This document shows, one piece after another, positions 55,901-58,850 of a stretch of 64,000 nt of DNA. Source of the stretch: Candidatus Obscuribacteraceae bacterium (GTDB lineage: Bacteria; Cyanobacteriota; Vampirovibrionia; Obscuribacterales; Obscuribacteraceae); the NCBI GenBank assembly GCA_044226015.1, contig JBGAHS010000008.1, forward strand, positions 192,001-256,000, in the 5' to 3' direction. The notes under the pieces are model-generated. The model was not told the origin of the DNA. It saw only the letters and a list, made by a program, of their open reading frames with translations, and did not search any database. Position numbers and translations under genes: made by a program. Position 1 is the first letter of the stretch; every line of letters begins with the position of its first letter.

Positions 55901-58850
55901 TGGCTTGAATCGTCAGCGTACCAGCGCTCGAAACAGTACCCGAGTTAGTAATTTTTCCACCGGTCTGCGTGATCGTCGTCGCACCAGTGTTGGTTGACGA
56001 AAGATTCGCGCCGATGCTTATGTCGCCAGTAGCAGATATGCTGGTAGGACCAGATCGAGAAAGTACACTTCCAGAATTGCTGGCATTGAGAGTCACCCCA
56101 CCAGTTGTGTTCTCAGTGATGTTGACGGTTCCAGTGCCTGACAAAGAAGCCGTACCAGCAGCACCCGAAACATTGACCGTAAGCGCGCCCGAAGTATTCG
56201 GCTGAATGGTTAGCGTCTTCGTTCCTGTGTTTTGTGTAGTACCACTTGCGAAGTTAACCGTGCCACCACCAACCGGAGAAATCAACACAGCTCCAGTCGC
56301 GGCGGACGCAGTAAGCGAACCTGAACCAGCTATTGTCAGATTGCCAGTACTCTGCAGCGAGACAGCAGTGGCTCCAGCCAAACTACTGGATACCGTCCCA
56401 TTATTAGTGAACGTTCCACCGTTTTCATTTATAGTGATTAAGGCACTGCTCGCTAGAGTGGTAGCTGAGTTGACAGTGATGGGACCGGTGCTAGTCACGG
56501 TCGTTGCACTCGACGTCGTAAGTGTGTTACCGCCGGATAGGGTCACGCCGCTGCCCCCACCGCTGTCCTTCACGAGCACAGCACCGCCAGTGTTCAAGGT
56601 GGTAGCACCGGCCATTTGCACAGTGAGCAATCCGGCGCTGCTCGATGAAATCTCCAGATTCTTGCTATTGCTAATTGACTGATTTGTTCCGCTGGCAAAA
56701 CTCAACGTACTGGCACCAGGAACAGCGAACTTCACAGACCCGAGCGTACTATTGGCATTCATAGTACCGGTTCCAGCAATGGTCATACTGCTTGCACCAA
56801 CCAAACTACTTTGCACAACAATCGAGTTAGCTGCATTCAAATCGCTTTGCAACGTTCCATTGTTGGTAAATGTTGATCCATTTTGGTTTACGGTAACCGC
56901 ACCAGCCGTAGCCAATACGGTAGCGCCGGAATTAATGGTCACAGTCTTAGAACTCGTAATATCCACCTTGTTAGCGGCAGTGATGTTAGCACCGATAGTA
57001 GTGGCACCAGTCCCAGCGGTCAAAGTAACATTTCCGCCGCTTGTCACGGCATTGCTCAAGTTAATGGCACCTGCGTTAGTGGCACCAACAGTGGGAAGAG
57101 CAGAAAGAACTCCGTTGGTTATCGTGGTGGTACCACCAACAAAGCTAGCATTGGGGGCAGCAGCTGCGATGGTCACATTTCCGGTGCCGCTAGTCGAAAT
57201 GACTCCTGTCCCCGAGATCCCCCCAGTACCGGTCAATATCAGAATATTGCCATTTACAGCGCTCACCGTTCCTGCCGCGAGATTTATAGAACCTGTCCCA
57301 TTAGCCAGCAATGTGACATTACCGCCGGCCACCGCGGACAGGTTCAAGCGGTTACCCGCAGTTCCGATACTACCGTTGCCAGCGCCCGTGATCGTCAAGG
57401 TCGCGGTCGTGTTACCAGCGGTGTTGTTAAAAATCACATTGTTAGACGAGCCAGGAGTCGCAGTAAACTGTAGCCCTGCTCCGATAAAGAGATTCGCACC
57501 AGCAAGTGTAGATATAGTGCGGGTGCCATTGTTGGTGACATTGCCAGACGCCACGATGGCGATATCACCAGCGACCCCGGTGAGACTACCGAATATGTTG
57601 ACTGCGCCACCATTGTTGTAGTACGTAGGGTCGCCTGTGAGCACCTGATCGCCGACAGTGAGCAACCCGTCAGTTACAGAAATATGCACTTCGGAGCCGT
57701 AATTACTCAAAGCTCCTCTGATTTCGTCCATGTGTATGTTCATGGATTTGCCCTGGACTTTAATGCCACCGTCAGCCAGGAGTCGACCGTCCATCATCAA
57801 GACATTGGCGCTCTCCAACTCAGAAGGAAGAAGGTTCGAGCGCACGTTCACAGTGCCTGCCTCGAAGAGTCCGGTCTCCGAATTGATGCCACCCAGAGCT
57901 TCGATGACACCAGCCTTGTTGCTTAGAAACAAATCTGTGCTGGCACTGAGAGCATTGAGGTTTATCGAATTTAGCGCCTGAATCAAACCAGAATTCACAA
58001 TTGTTCCGGTTCCAACATTCAAGTTGATGTTCTGAGCTGAGAGCACAGCCTGACTAACACTGCCACTTATGTTACTGAGGGAACCAAGCGTTGCAATATT
58101 CAGCGTGCCAGGCGTCGTAATCATTCCCTGATTGACGAGGTTGCCTGCGATATTCAAGTTCATGCCCGAGGAAGAATATACACCAGGCATCGAATAGCCA
58201 GAAGGCAGGTGGGCACTGAGTAGACCACCAATACCTATGTTGAGACTACCAAGATTGAGAACCGCAGCCATGTTGGCAGAGTTTTGCAAGGTGTACATAG
58301 AACCCAGGATGTTGAGTTCACCGCTAACATTCAATGGTGTCGACGAATTGAAACCGACGGCGTGAAGAGCAACTCCAGCAGGAATAGAAAGGGCTTCGAA
58401 ATTTTGGACATTCTTGGAATTGAGGGTGAAACTCCCACCAACTGCCGCTCCTTGATTGTTCAAAACGAGTGTCTGGTTACCGCGCATCGCTTCGAATACG
58501 GCGACATACTGCGAAGGAGTGACAGCCGCGCCCGGCATCACAGTCATTGTGGTACCACCAGATATGACACCGTTGTGAGCACTGCCACCGACCGTGATGT
58601 TCACCGGCGCAGTGTTTTGCGAGCTAAAACTCGCCGAAGTCCCCGACAAATTGAGATTGTTTCCGGTACCAGAAACCGTCCCGCCACTAGGAACCGAATA
58701 TGGTGTCGCTCCCGGACGAGACTGCGCTAATGTCTTGATGGGTGCTACGTAAGGCCCGATGAGTAGCATCGAAGACATTATCCACACCAACTTGTGCCCA
58801 AGACTGCGCTCTCCAAAAGCGGCAGCCTTAACTAAACGGGTTCTTTTCAT
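25944..58850 (-). CDS. Giant FHA-like beta-helical repeat surface protein B (10,968 aa) with signal peptide and conserved C-terminal FecR-like domain
   Basis: 32.9-kb uninterrupted ORF. ATG at 58850 with AGGT 5 nt upstream. Basic n-region, hydrophobic h-region and TLA|QS cleavage-like site. Several repeat families; C-terminus homologous to gene A. Confidence 0.92.
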   Translation of the reverse strand: MKRTRLVKAAAFGERSLGHKLVWIMSSMLLIGPYVAPIKTLAQSRPGATPYSVPSGGTVSGTGNNLNLSGTSASFSSQNTAPVNITVGGSAHNGVISGGTTMTVMPGAAVTPSQYVAVFEAMRGNQTLVLNNQGAAVGGSFTLNSKNVQNFEALSIPAGVALHAVGFNSSTPLNVSGELNILGSMYTLQNSANMAAVLNLGSLNIGIGGLLSAHLPSGYSMPGVYSSSGMNLNIAGNLVNQGMITTPGTLNIATLGSLSNISGSVSQAVLSAQNINLNVGTGTIVNSGLIQALNSINLNALSASTDLFLSNKAGVIEALGGINSETGLFEAGTVNVRSNLLPSELESANVLMMDGRLLADGGIKVQGKSMNIHMDEIRGALSNYGSEVHISVTDGLLTVGDQVLTGDPTYYNNGGAVNIFGSLTGVAGDIAIVASGNVTNNGTRTISTLAGANLFIGAGLQFTATPGSSNNVIFNNTAGNTTATLTITGAGNGSIGTAGNRLNLSAVAGGNVTLLANGTGSINLAAGTVSAVNGNILILTGTGGISGTGVISTSGTGNVTIAAAAPNASFVGGTTTITNGVLSALPTVGATNAGAINLSNAVTSGGNVTLTAGTGATTIGANITAANKVDITSSKTVTINSGATVLATAGAVTVNQNGSTFTNNGTLQSDLNAANSIVVQSSLVGASSMTIAGTGTMNANSTLGSVKFAVPGASTLSFASGTNQSISNSKNLEISSSSAGLLTVQMAGATTLNTGGAVLVKDSGGGSGVTLSGGNTLTTSSATTVTSTGPITVNSATTLASSALITINENGGTFTNNGTVSSSLAGATAVSLQSTGNLTIAGSGSLTASAATGAVLISPVGGGTVNFASGTTQNTGTKTLTIQPNTSGALTVNVSGAAGTASLSGTGTVNITENTTGGVTLNASNSGSVLSRSGPTSISATGDISIGANLSSTNTGATTITQTGGKITNSGTVSSAGTLTIQANTGASIINNGTLRSSQAAANSVALRSTGSFSVSGTGALDASGVGGSVLISPAGGGTVNFASGMSQTITANKNVSITPNTNGAITVNVSGAAGTATFTGTGTYSISDSTSGGVTLQQSNAGSSISFGGATTIGVAGGAAKDITVSGVKVQSAGILTVNEVGGTFTNNGSLVSTSASANSILIQNTAGSFSFAGTGTLDASSSAGVTNVALGTGAGGTINFLNGLNQSISSNKVLSVAPVAAGSITLNVPASGTAAFTGGSYTIAANGANNSVGFTNGTLQLGGSTTVTTTGTGQISVGSGATISETSGTLTFNISQTGQITNNGTIANSSGTANNFVMQSSGNNLTLAGTGNINVNTLSGSVRMTATGGGTITLPSGTNQTVAGTSTVAMLPSSAGGLTVRVAGAAGTATLSGGTYTINDSGAGGGVTFAQATVNSTLAFGAPISVTTTGTITTPANMTVRSSGVFTLNVNGGTLSNSGTIASTASGTNVVVTSTGNLTVQGTTGALNAGAGNTVRISPAGGGTLSLAAANLTQAVTGNLSIVPSTAGSITVNMSGAAGTGSFTGAGNFSVTDSGAGGGVSFTTASAGSTLSFGSTTAITSTGTIQTATGLTVNSAGVITVNTNGGTFTNNGTVSSSFAGGTAVSVQSTSNLTISGTGSLTASAGTGTVLISPAGGGTVNFASGTTQNTGARTLTIQPNSAGSLTVNVSGAAGTASLSGTGILNITENASGGVTLNAANASSILNHAGPTNITATGNISIGANLSSTNTGATVITQNGGTTTNSGTVSSAAQLTLQANSGATVVNSGTLRSTLAAANSVTFASTGNFTVSGTGAIDASGVGGSVRFSPVGGGTVNFASGMNQTLTGNKNVSITPNSSGAITVNVSGVAGTATFTGTGTYSILDNTSGGVAFQQANTGSTLSFGGATTIGVVGGAAKDITVSGVKVQSAGILTVNEVGGTLSNNGTLATTSASASALLIQNTAGSFSMTGTGTLDASNSVGAVNIALGTAAGGTVNFLNGMNQTVSSSKIVSVAPLAAGSITLNVPASGTAVFAGGGYTIAANGANNNVSFTNGTLQLGGSTGVTVSGTGQINVGVGATLSETVGTLTMTVSPTGQINNNGSVVNSSGTANNVVMQSSGNALTLTGAGTINVSSGSGSVRLTATGGGTISFASGMNQTITGTSNVSMVPSSAGALTVRVAGAAGTATFTGGSYSIADSGAGGGVTFAQANANSTLALGGAVAVTTTGTITVPATMTVSSTGVLTLNANGGTLSNSGTIASTASGTNIIVASTGNLTVQGLTGSFNAGSSNTIQLSPAGGSTLFLPATNFTQNITGNLSIVPSSSGALTVNLSGAAGTAAFVGGSGYTVADSGAGGGVSLTTASSGSVLSFGAAAALTSAGTIQTASGSTVASSGILTVNANGGTLSNLGTLRSTSNVANSLVIQSTGSLTVSGNGTLDANTVNGSIRYSPGGGGTLNFVAGYAPIVTGNKPISISQNGAGTLNINVSGAGNASLTSTAAYTISDSSGSGITFSASTAGNTLTLPGATTVTSTNDITMNTGAVLASSGTLTVNENGGTLTNNGTLRSTSGTVGAITIQSTGSLTLAGTGTLDANSGSGSVALRPAGGGTLNLAVGLSQALTGNRNLTVSPATAGALNVNVSGGSGTATFTGTGTYTFNDFGGAQGVNFSRTSGNAILSLPGVTNINSVGGTIGISNVSVSSTGNLTLSSTNLTNSGTIQSSANVLLNVNGGTFTNNGSIVSTSGAGNNVQVTSTSGFTLAGTGNIDVSSGAAGSILLQPSAGNTLNLAAGMNQTITGNKSVSITPTSGALSLNVSGAGTARFTGGTFSLTEGTAAAGISFTQSNSGNVLSLGGNSTVSSSGSIHVNGVTVKSATGSLMLNVDGGALNNNGTIGSDSGLANNLIVQSTSNLTIHGVGTFDVSSGAGSVRLAVPASGLVNFLFGTDQSVTADKTVLISPSSAGAITVLVIGGAGSGGFSSGVINIDDGGSGAGVTLTTTHQPSVLLLGSSSSITSTGTVTVGAGSTVSSSGLLTFNLDGGTLVNSGVIASTAGAGANILLQSSSGFTLQGNGSFNASSGVGDVNLSATAGGVINLEAGLSQSLQGNLVFTPSDNSNLNVNIKGAGTASFTGGTLYTFLAVGANNINFTGDNSGNQLSLGGNTAVTVNGGNVNVTSGVTLSSSGTLTVNANNNGTLTNNGTLVSTAGTAGNLVIQTDSSLTLAGSGSLNASAGGSVAITAPGAGIINLASGLNQTIVGNRNVSISTSSAGTLNLNVVSGIATFTGSGNYSISDGGGAGVNLTRTSSGSTLNFGGNTSVTSSSDISLQNGLTLQSAGTITINENGGKFSNNGTVKSTNGTAGAITIQSSSGLTLAGTGTLDAATGSGSVAIKPAGASTLSIESGTVQTIAGGAGLAISSGSAGGLKVNVSGPAGVASFVGTGATTITDDGSSGGISFTQANSGSTFSVDGALTISSSGDITIDGPGSGVTVSSGGNLTINENGGTLQNGGTLSSVANNANSISIQSTGDLTLRGTGSLNASGALGSIKIQSGANGTVNFESGMNQTVLSGKQVSIGSSSGSSKFNVSGAAGTAQFTGGSFTVTEGTAGSGVSFSKTAAGSSSIQFGGDTVVSVSNSSAITVNNGVSVGSSGSLTLSASNSTINNNGTLFSTAGIADAITLTSSPSTSLTLSGIGTLDANSGSGSVLINAGSNLILSNGLSQSIAGGKNVDVLSQAGSLNVDVNGSAAFNGNGVYTFAAASGQSITISSTGGSLSVGGNLTLDASTGNLTLSDVTVGTVNGDAQVNVGSQFDIGASTLQSGKSNGSINVSGSTGALTLVGNGSLKLTQNAANNKILVSSGVSGTGTLSFAGNLIMDVGAGTTAVDAISIQAASVNLATGTTQTFANGANATLAPGAASSLSVIAQGAAGTATLAGSGIVTVQSNGVAESVSFSASSSPSVLQVNGGLTVNSGASGSVSVNSVELTSGSSLLINTSSLTNSGTISSSAAAGSISVQSTGDLTLSGNGVYRDTQNAALNNISFIAGPSGTGTLTITGDNTLDVGNATSALDAISFEASTINLQSGSTQTVSNDASVSFSPGSSSSLKVNVSGLSGTASFVGLGKYSVSSNGSGNTVEFASDAASSTLLFGGALSADAGSTGTVSVDAGLTLSSAGSISVNAGTIANNQALVSTGSNSLILLQNLGGNLVLDGNGLYQISTDSANNFIQVIAGATGAANLSLNGSSTFDVGNANVSNNAVQFTAGQINIKVGTTQTVLNNSALTLKSGASDLNLLMLGGTGASNFIGASAYTLTATGNLSFTGLATPAQFNFDNNLKVQAGTNSSITVSSGVTLNASGSMTLDAGTIFNNGSTISSSAIGAVVLQNTGGASSLTLAGNGNYQTSSNNAANKILVQSGSAGAGQIFVTGSNTFDVGTGTSSANAVEFQANSIDLSTGTTQIIANGAKLTISLSGAAATAINLSGAAGNVDFTGASSYTINSNAATNTLDFSSDNASNLRFDNALSVTNTADVSIASGLETSAALTLSSLSNNGGIFVTGHVSGATGVNVSSNGSGIIDIADGAFVSSTNASISFKSGALDSNSSGAINAGTGVVSLLQNGSNTDVSINGGSATYGVSAATLANITASKLVIGDSNTGAVTQVGSADFSVPGPGSYDLVINGASYDGTGSSMLIGSKNLTITASTGAAVMGAVTGTSGFVDVSASNDAITLTDNLSAGKVTLLSGVNIQVSSDVTVQTFGAAGNDIVLNMLAPASLVQTLGSNLSLMSAGALSVSGGVDTTQIVGGGGDFTASAADGTLSISGVINSYGNGAIGVNNGGAIDLSASNGSISVGAISSDGGPSSGNAGLISVVASGAVTVAGAISAKSVSASGGIVTLKSSGSSIQVDGSINNQGAASGPSILISSASASPLQIGGSSGVNKIAGLISSNGSVEIQNSGDIQLFSAGTTISASASVGQISLVSTNGAISANSSTEGGLSASAVLLSAKTGVGSVTGAVPISLTGAGNTKVAVQVTGPNSEVYLLSTAAGLTTDALSSASTGSIIGVNSTGDIRLDVNAGSTLTVSSGNTISTSGSGSTITINADKLVFGSSTPSIDAGSSGTIIITPTTLSQNITIDNTGTQYLTTTNSQLTQFQALNVQIGNNSFAGDITVGAGGLLLAGNDGSVAAGTAPGAFNITFISSGKFSSKNVLIDEGVNDFTVKVGGTVELGAVGVQPNASGSVSISGNGVTLYDNINAGSLSIDPGTGTLVQNGGTLSSNSLSINANPNDNVVLNIAVSDLTVTQSLAGTGSITITNSKELLSNGISTAGLGGFNYTGTADGGTTLTNSITTDGPLSITNTGNNAQITINGALSGSSVSLSSTGTGDISGTGTVTAKNDLTVNSPNGDVNLNVATPYITVTQDINGTGSVTITDSVALIGNGASTAGSGGFFFTDTAGGAGAINITNTITTKGDLTLSGAGGTDSGIVLGADISGAAVTLLSTGTGTITQATPGLDVTATSSLTLTAGSGNVDLNVTTPSLTISQSGAGAVNIIDSQALSTTGPITAGSGGLSINVTAGGAGAITTGASISSTGAVVLTGVGGSDSGIVLGGDVTGKSVTLTATGSGNIGSTVAVDITASNGDVQLTANNLTFANSSTIDAGSQSVYIQPTANQSIAVNGAAIGTLTIGQNLVDNITAGQLVIGNTSSTGAIQVNGAGDTMNANFDLVFLNNPTTGGSFTNNGTIALNANDLSVTVGGSITSGAVTGTGSIVSLTGTDIALSGAIDSSGGKVTLSATDGGVTQSAGVVSAAELTINATDTVANLNIAVPFLTISQTGSASVTLTNSVALTGNGVISVGSGGFFFTDTADGGINLTNTITSSGPVSLVNTGNNAGIAIGAAVSGSIVTLTSTGTGDISGAGVVTGSSSIALTSPEGSINLSVDTPVLSTSQNVSGSGSVFIQDASSVQVGADSTAGSGGFTLISNGAGPVGISTAGKINSSGSIDLQALGIGAGITIGKDISGSDVSLTASGGDVSVGTSVSVSGTNSVIVSMQGGTLSNNGTLTSSSGGILIDSSSDLTFSGTGSLSSATGTSIILPGNSTLSLPSNLMQTVTGDLSMGVSTPGSLSVDVTGAAGTVQFIGGGNYKISSSGANALNFNQDNSGSGISFGGSLNLTSSGDINNNGLTLASSDVMVINENGGQLLNNGTLRSTAGVANDILITSSSSLSLAGVGNLDASAGNGSVKISIAGGSSFKFETGSVQTLVGDKDLTIETNSPGNMFISTGGATGNATFAGTGKYTVQNLQGGIAFAQFSSDSSITFGGDTTINNANDLISIQGLTIVSNKTLTVNENDGIVFNNGVLRSGAGTPNDLVIQSSGSLFYLGTGKLDAAGSALIGVGAAEVLNLQAGTTIDMVGNKDLTLSSPGLLTVNVAAASGTVSFVGTGKYTVSGVGVNLSSDFASGVLSFGGDTEINGGTGTVALDTKTEARSAGDMMLDASAIDNAGLVSSTKSSGLITLSNSAGDLTVGGGGVFTNTTNSLGNQIVISANSGKSAVTFSGDNTFDVGNANTAANAIEILATQINLPAGTTQTIASDANVTMHPGSSSDLNIVVTGGPGNASFVGNGTYSISSVGSGNGVSFKSTLSNQLSLGGDVNVTSSSTGTIHVDSTFTLDSANGAVMMDASNIDVAGTVSSSSSTGLIVLQNSSGDLTVGGGGSFIETQNSASNQIIISAGSAGTGKITVLGDNTFDVGTATGTADAIQFVGSQLNLPVGSQTFLNNPNVIIQPGSSSSISINVSGPGVANFVGTGTYTIQSVGAANSVNFGGTAASQVNFAGDLNVQGGSDVSVGSGITVSSDNSMTVSALTIHNSGKLSANNLGLNVNDTLVSNNGVYTADAIAVNSASGKSLTILGNATFDATNGGQTDLNSNGDITFGDGVTTATQLFNGDANFNTALGKGTVTVTLNDSVVGNNTITVNASTLIVNGSITANPLIFNSAGAGTIANNTGGALDLKNVGGLVFNGQSLAILSAGDIIDTNASDTIDLSGDALNPDGGSLLLVAGFNFSPNAAAPYQFNNTVYTLGSAGTGSVDLANVDVNTSGFAGGGNAGSVQAYASKGSVNLGDITAVGQGLAGAGGSVTLVGETGVAVGSATLTGGSSSGNLSITTAAPVLNNGPVMIGNGTIIKGSLSASNVISNGNVTLNGAVDANSIGVNAGSIAMGSNAGTLNSLADVSLKTTGGNLSSAGGSLDISAIGKTTIDLSGAAIDLSSVTGQSVSIDSKNGVDLKGSSASAAAVTTDGGAVSLNSSAASVLTGAITTSSLSVSGADISLTAAGAVTVNGGLDASSGAASGGNVTVGSSGSTIEVDGAINNTSVGNGAAFVKLSSAASNLNLNSSSAAANSIKGIISSNGDVTVSAHGVILSGVTAVSSTSGIGIDAIDGSITASSAGAGKLAAPEVILLGTSLGTSATPLTLDSASTTLASSATGASAVTNLTSTGDLLVGSGVSVGSLTASGISSDGDIQLNVANNLQLDAAIIRNSSGNIDIHADSLNSWAATPTLIDAGNTGNVTFTPSTNNLAVDLGGAYLSQSQLNQIRAQNLQVGNSTSYTGTVNLGGSLNSGLAAAGTQNGSMNLTIQSAGTVDTSAFSLSVGPNKLDVSAKLVSVGDINASSGAITISGTNGVSLNGDINATAASKISITASNNQIDGTGAKVASGSGDILINIASGTISGIAAVSTAGSVLIGTSDGSSSTASGVSIGSVQGDGKVTVISSTGGVAVGAVSSNGAVVLNTLSSGDVTLSGDVSGASISINAVSSGAINSSVAVALKSGSGGVSLSSNSLGLKTGSSVNAGGSTVLIQPNANQSIGVNGSTAETFVVSNDLMSNITNASSVTIGNKTSTGSLTFYGSLSPTYALNLYNAGAVTMNSGSSLSMGANNLNIESGSTASLQTISGSANTVSVKATSITLNQNINLAGSSTLTLTSTSADIAQTAGVLTSADLQVSSAGKANFKSAVSGSITLGSNGDATVNNVGTLTAFSGNSAGKLTLTNDGGVTLSSALFAANGLDLSLSAGNTFNENGFKISSTNSDISIVSDHFTGTGPIDAGSATVTFSALTSPVTFAGSAGGLDLSTGLLNSITASKLIVGSLSNTASLTVASDYDLSSRYDLTLQAGGALHTDGHTLTIGSKDLTISSTGAVTLGGISSSAAKVIVNGDSITSTVDFGSATDTTTLQSASGDINGTGRVTADLLTLNSTGGSVDLAVSANRVDGLVANTFKLSGNSTLNIGTVSATNAVTLSADKISVLASGTLSGSSVTLLGTTVNGSGSQQMVLSNSGAIVATTGGITVDTAPGQDLLLTGNGSGSFKIAAGQQMNFNATDNTGVHPSMILGPGNQTFFVGTGSSPGGDVNFTAAGGPNSSITITNGTTYDFPNDYTHVNLTLGKFFGNPSQFDIHKTTNPNSTLSITGAFTGTIANSTGPIDLGNLTKISFAGPIAILSATDIINSGGNLTISLANVGGTGGDLTLIAGFNFTPTTSGTIGPNNIDYTLSSPNSGSGSINVPNVNFTTSGSDSGGSFFAVANGGSVKIGNVDTSGGTGTGGKVTIIGNGISTGDINSSSILATNGGAVVLNSASSAVLSNTSPGAMHVIDGVVTGGTFLPGTQAGVVSVGAVSTGSAAVTISGASASSSGVITASSLNANANGGNISLLTNVSNSMVLSATGNITVNNASALSSLTTTVGGSFTFNNTGDLTLSSGVAAPGGITISSTGTLNIGSNSLVSTTSPISISADDLVLGTGVIDAGAGTVSISAASSSQAITLGIAGAGLNLSTAELQSIKAGTLVVGSSSNNGGININAVLDVSGLYNLQLNQGSTGGLNASSAINVGSNSLTATVGGTASFSSVLSNGSSIQLTGGSLAISASFGSITDTTKLSSTNGDLTVSGTVTAASLTMSASNGKLNAVTNVNGVMSASSSGTGADISITNDGDLSSLTVAAVGGAFNLTNAGNVKLASNIAAPGGILVNLNSLGSTLDYGAFNFSSTNSAISLTADAFSGTGSINAGANGTVSIAPFNQNLPINLLSTGVGLNVSAATLNTVSAKSVTIGSATLLSTITLGANLDVSGKYNLSLLAGGSTGSVSTVGQTLSSSDTNISIVGGAGGSASLGSINAPQVNVSAGSIAVSGTVGTGSNQVSLTSLAGDLSSSGAGVVGGSDVTLAANGGSVNLNSAITGTLQVSASGAANSSVSITNTGVLQLNGTASGASGSFSITNAGNLTLSSALSAAAGVTVKVGAGNTFSNAGFQISSSNSPINITVDQYTLSGANPLNAGSGTVTIAPATNSQVITLVGSGGTAGTGLNFGNTELNGITAGTLVLGSNTATGGVVVSGTLTLSNTYNVSLVQGNGSFSSANAITLNGGGDFSVSLSKGAITTNLITQALDSGAVSLQTDGSITLTGAPASLGDSAHSLTILAGTGSISGLPSGGITPRRDASGNGGTIIIGGVGLPTTYVLDASGISGGSGGAAGYVRGETTAFPSSGLQLMIGGSNQGTAIISNGGDLTFDPASTLVLTSGQGNGASYVLTAGAVSTGNLLVNGALNSAGNGVGSKGGDITLNSNSKTAFIINSSSAKNGTKGSLSVAGNGAANGSITVTNKGGGITSSAQALTAVSNVTFDTTGAAAGTISIGKAIGTAGSTTSIKLIAGGTGAISPGSNLLSAATVDFVGGTGAISASTVANTVSVNTASNSKAVVSITNKVTGVSPLTLNASAVGGTLSVTNNGGSITANGALAGSSITLKSAGTNGDIILNGNLTGSTSGTVTLTATGTGVITGSGVIQGKTVTLTTGTGGQVGTGTSTSSAITVRAGTLSANTSGLININNLGLSGTTGITISAAKTTGSSLTVRSANGLTFTPSVTGATSVILTAGGTGVLTVNGSLGNTSSTASINLGTASGSIVSKGTLSTQSSGSILLSSSVGTGSIGSSSSPVKLTTGTLGISTSSGVINISSSNKGTTQVSNLVTSGSISYTGAGPSNFGAVKGSNLTFKLAGNNTFASNITANGLTASKLGAISITGAASTTVAGNIVANGAVTLSGSGNIALNSVSTPSGVISITQTTGGTASFGNLSGSSVTVTLKPTGSVLFNGSVSASTGAVKITETGSTTPSTSFGFGMNISAATTVSVTSTGALTLNNVTASNGSLAIVSKGATVTGALQSLGTKGVITVTQSATSVPLTLGALTAAGTSVTVTNSGSSTTVTGPVQAVTAVTIQNNKGNASIALNGNVSTSSTSGTIKLTAIGSGNITDSSGTISAKTVTLGSGSGAIGTGTLLATALNLNTSSVSAATTGTINLNSVGSAPVTLSTANTAGAGNTFTMSSASNLTVTPTLVNAESIAISTTGVASVTLKGGTLGGAVNTNSVSITTVNGDINGTATISSKAGSGQVTLTSTTGAIQGSSTAALKLNTPNLVSATTGGAVNLSNSYSNTTTGAAYGNISGSSISVASANKSTFNGAIDTSSAAGTGAVSIIQTAGLLTLNGSIISKGTAAKVTLQEKADAAGAGIVLGANSSISTEVTTPKTGSTFPLPGQVTIVVGSTVPAPSAGTQPASAPVINVDLSGATGPNNKVYWGTNNTFVVNGTNNNLAVIGNTAIQFQSGSKGTITLGGSLNITADPPAVLSAPTLSVATLSAGSKTSTAAFVAPTYASSSKVAETSVSLVSPSVSSVSFAAPPGVSKQWIEPIPVSSNALVNPSNPKTLYGGVTETELTNAGESLSTIVGAPAFEASMSESGSFVVPLASERELGLGSAGSQLKSVTTAANQRKMLALKSGTFVFAPFQDTTIETQFGRVDIDAKSVAIVFTSARGLAVFCLDDQHRDAVKVHSGHKTITLSPGRHLAITGSNVKEFGEINPIETVGYRGISSVELGNGLKAFNAEFSIPSALGSIKSLRMLFNSKQTEAQKLSAHIAKTVAAMSQVRKDSERFQQVLRPRMAAFAPQE
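40800..43010 (-). repeat. About five ~115-120-aa coding repeats in gene B ('LNVxTPxLTxxQ...TAGSGGFxFT')
   Basis: Units LNIAVSDLTVTQ..AGLGGFNY, LNVATPYITVTQ..AGSGGFFF, LNVTTPSLTISQ..AGSGGLSI, LNIAVPFLTISQ..VGSGGFFF and LSVDTPVLSTSQ..AGSGGFTL. Boundaries approximate. Confidence 0.7.
45300..56900 (-). repeat. Array of ~24 ~160-aa coding repeats in gene B ('NxNGGTLxNNGTLxS...QSTGxLTxxGxGxLDAS...GGGTxNFASGxxQ...VNVSGAAGTAxF')
   Basis: Counted by eye from the recurring NGGT(L/F)xN(N/S)GT motif. About five more diverged copies lie at ~38300-40750. Confidence 0.75.
51650..56430 (-). repeat. Tandem duplication of a 796-aa (2,388 bp) five-unit block in gene B
   Basis: Three independent markers are each offset by exactly 2,388 bp: FASGTTQNTG (56250/53862), VQSAGILTVNEVGG (55441/53053) and STASGTN (54445/52057). 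Confidence 0.9.
58725..58850 (-). other. Predicted long (~42 aa) Sec signal peptide of gene B
   Basis: MKRTRLVK... basic n-region; LVWIMSSMLLIGPYV h-region; KTLA|QS putative SPase I site. Confidence 0.65.

Noticed and set aside
26458..58730. Many + strand ORFs inside gene B
   Set aside because: Same antisense shadow effect; no independent protein features.
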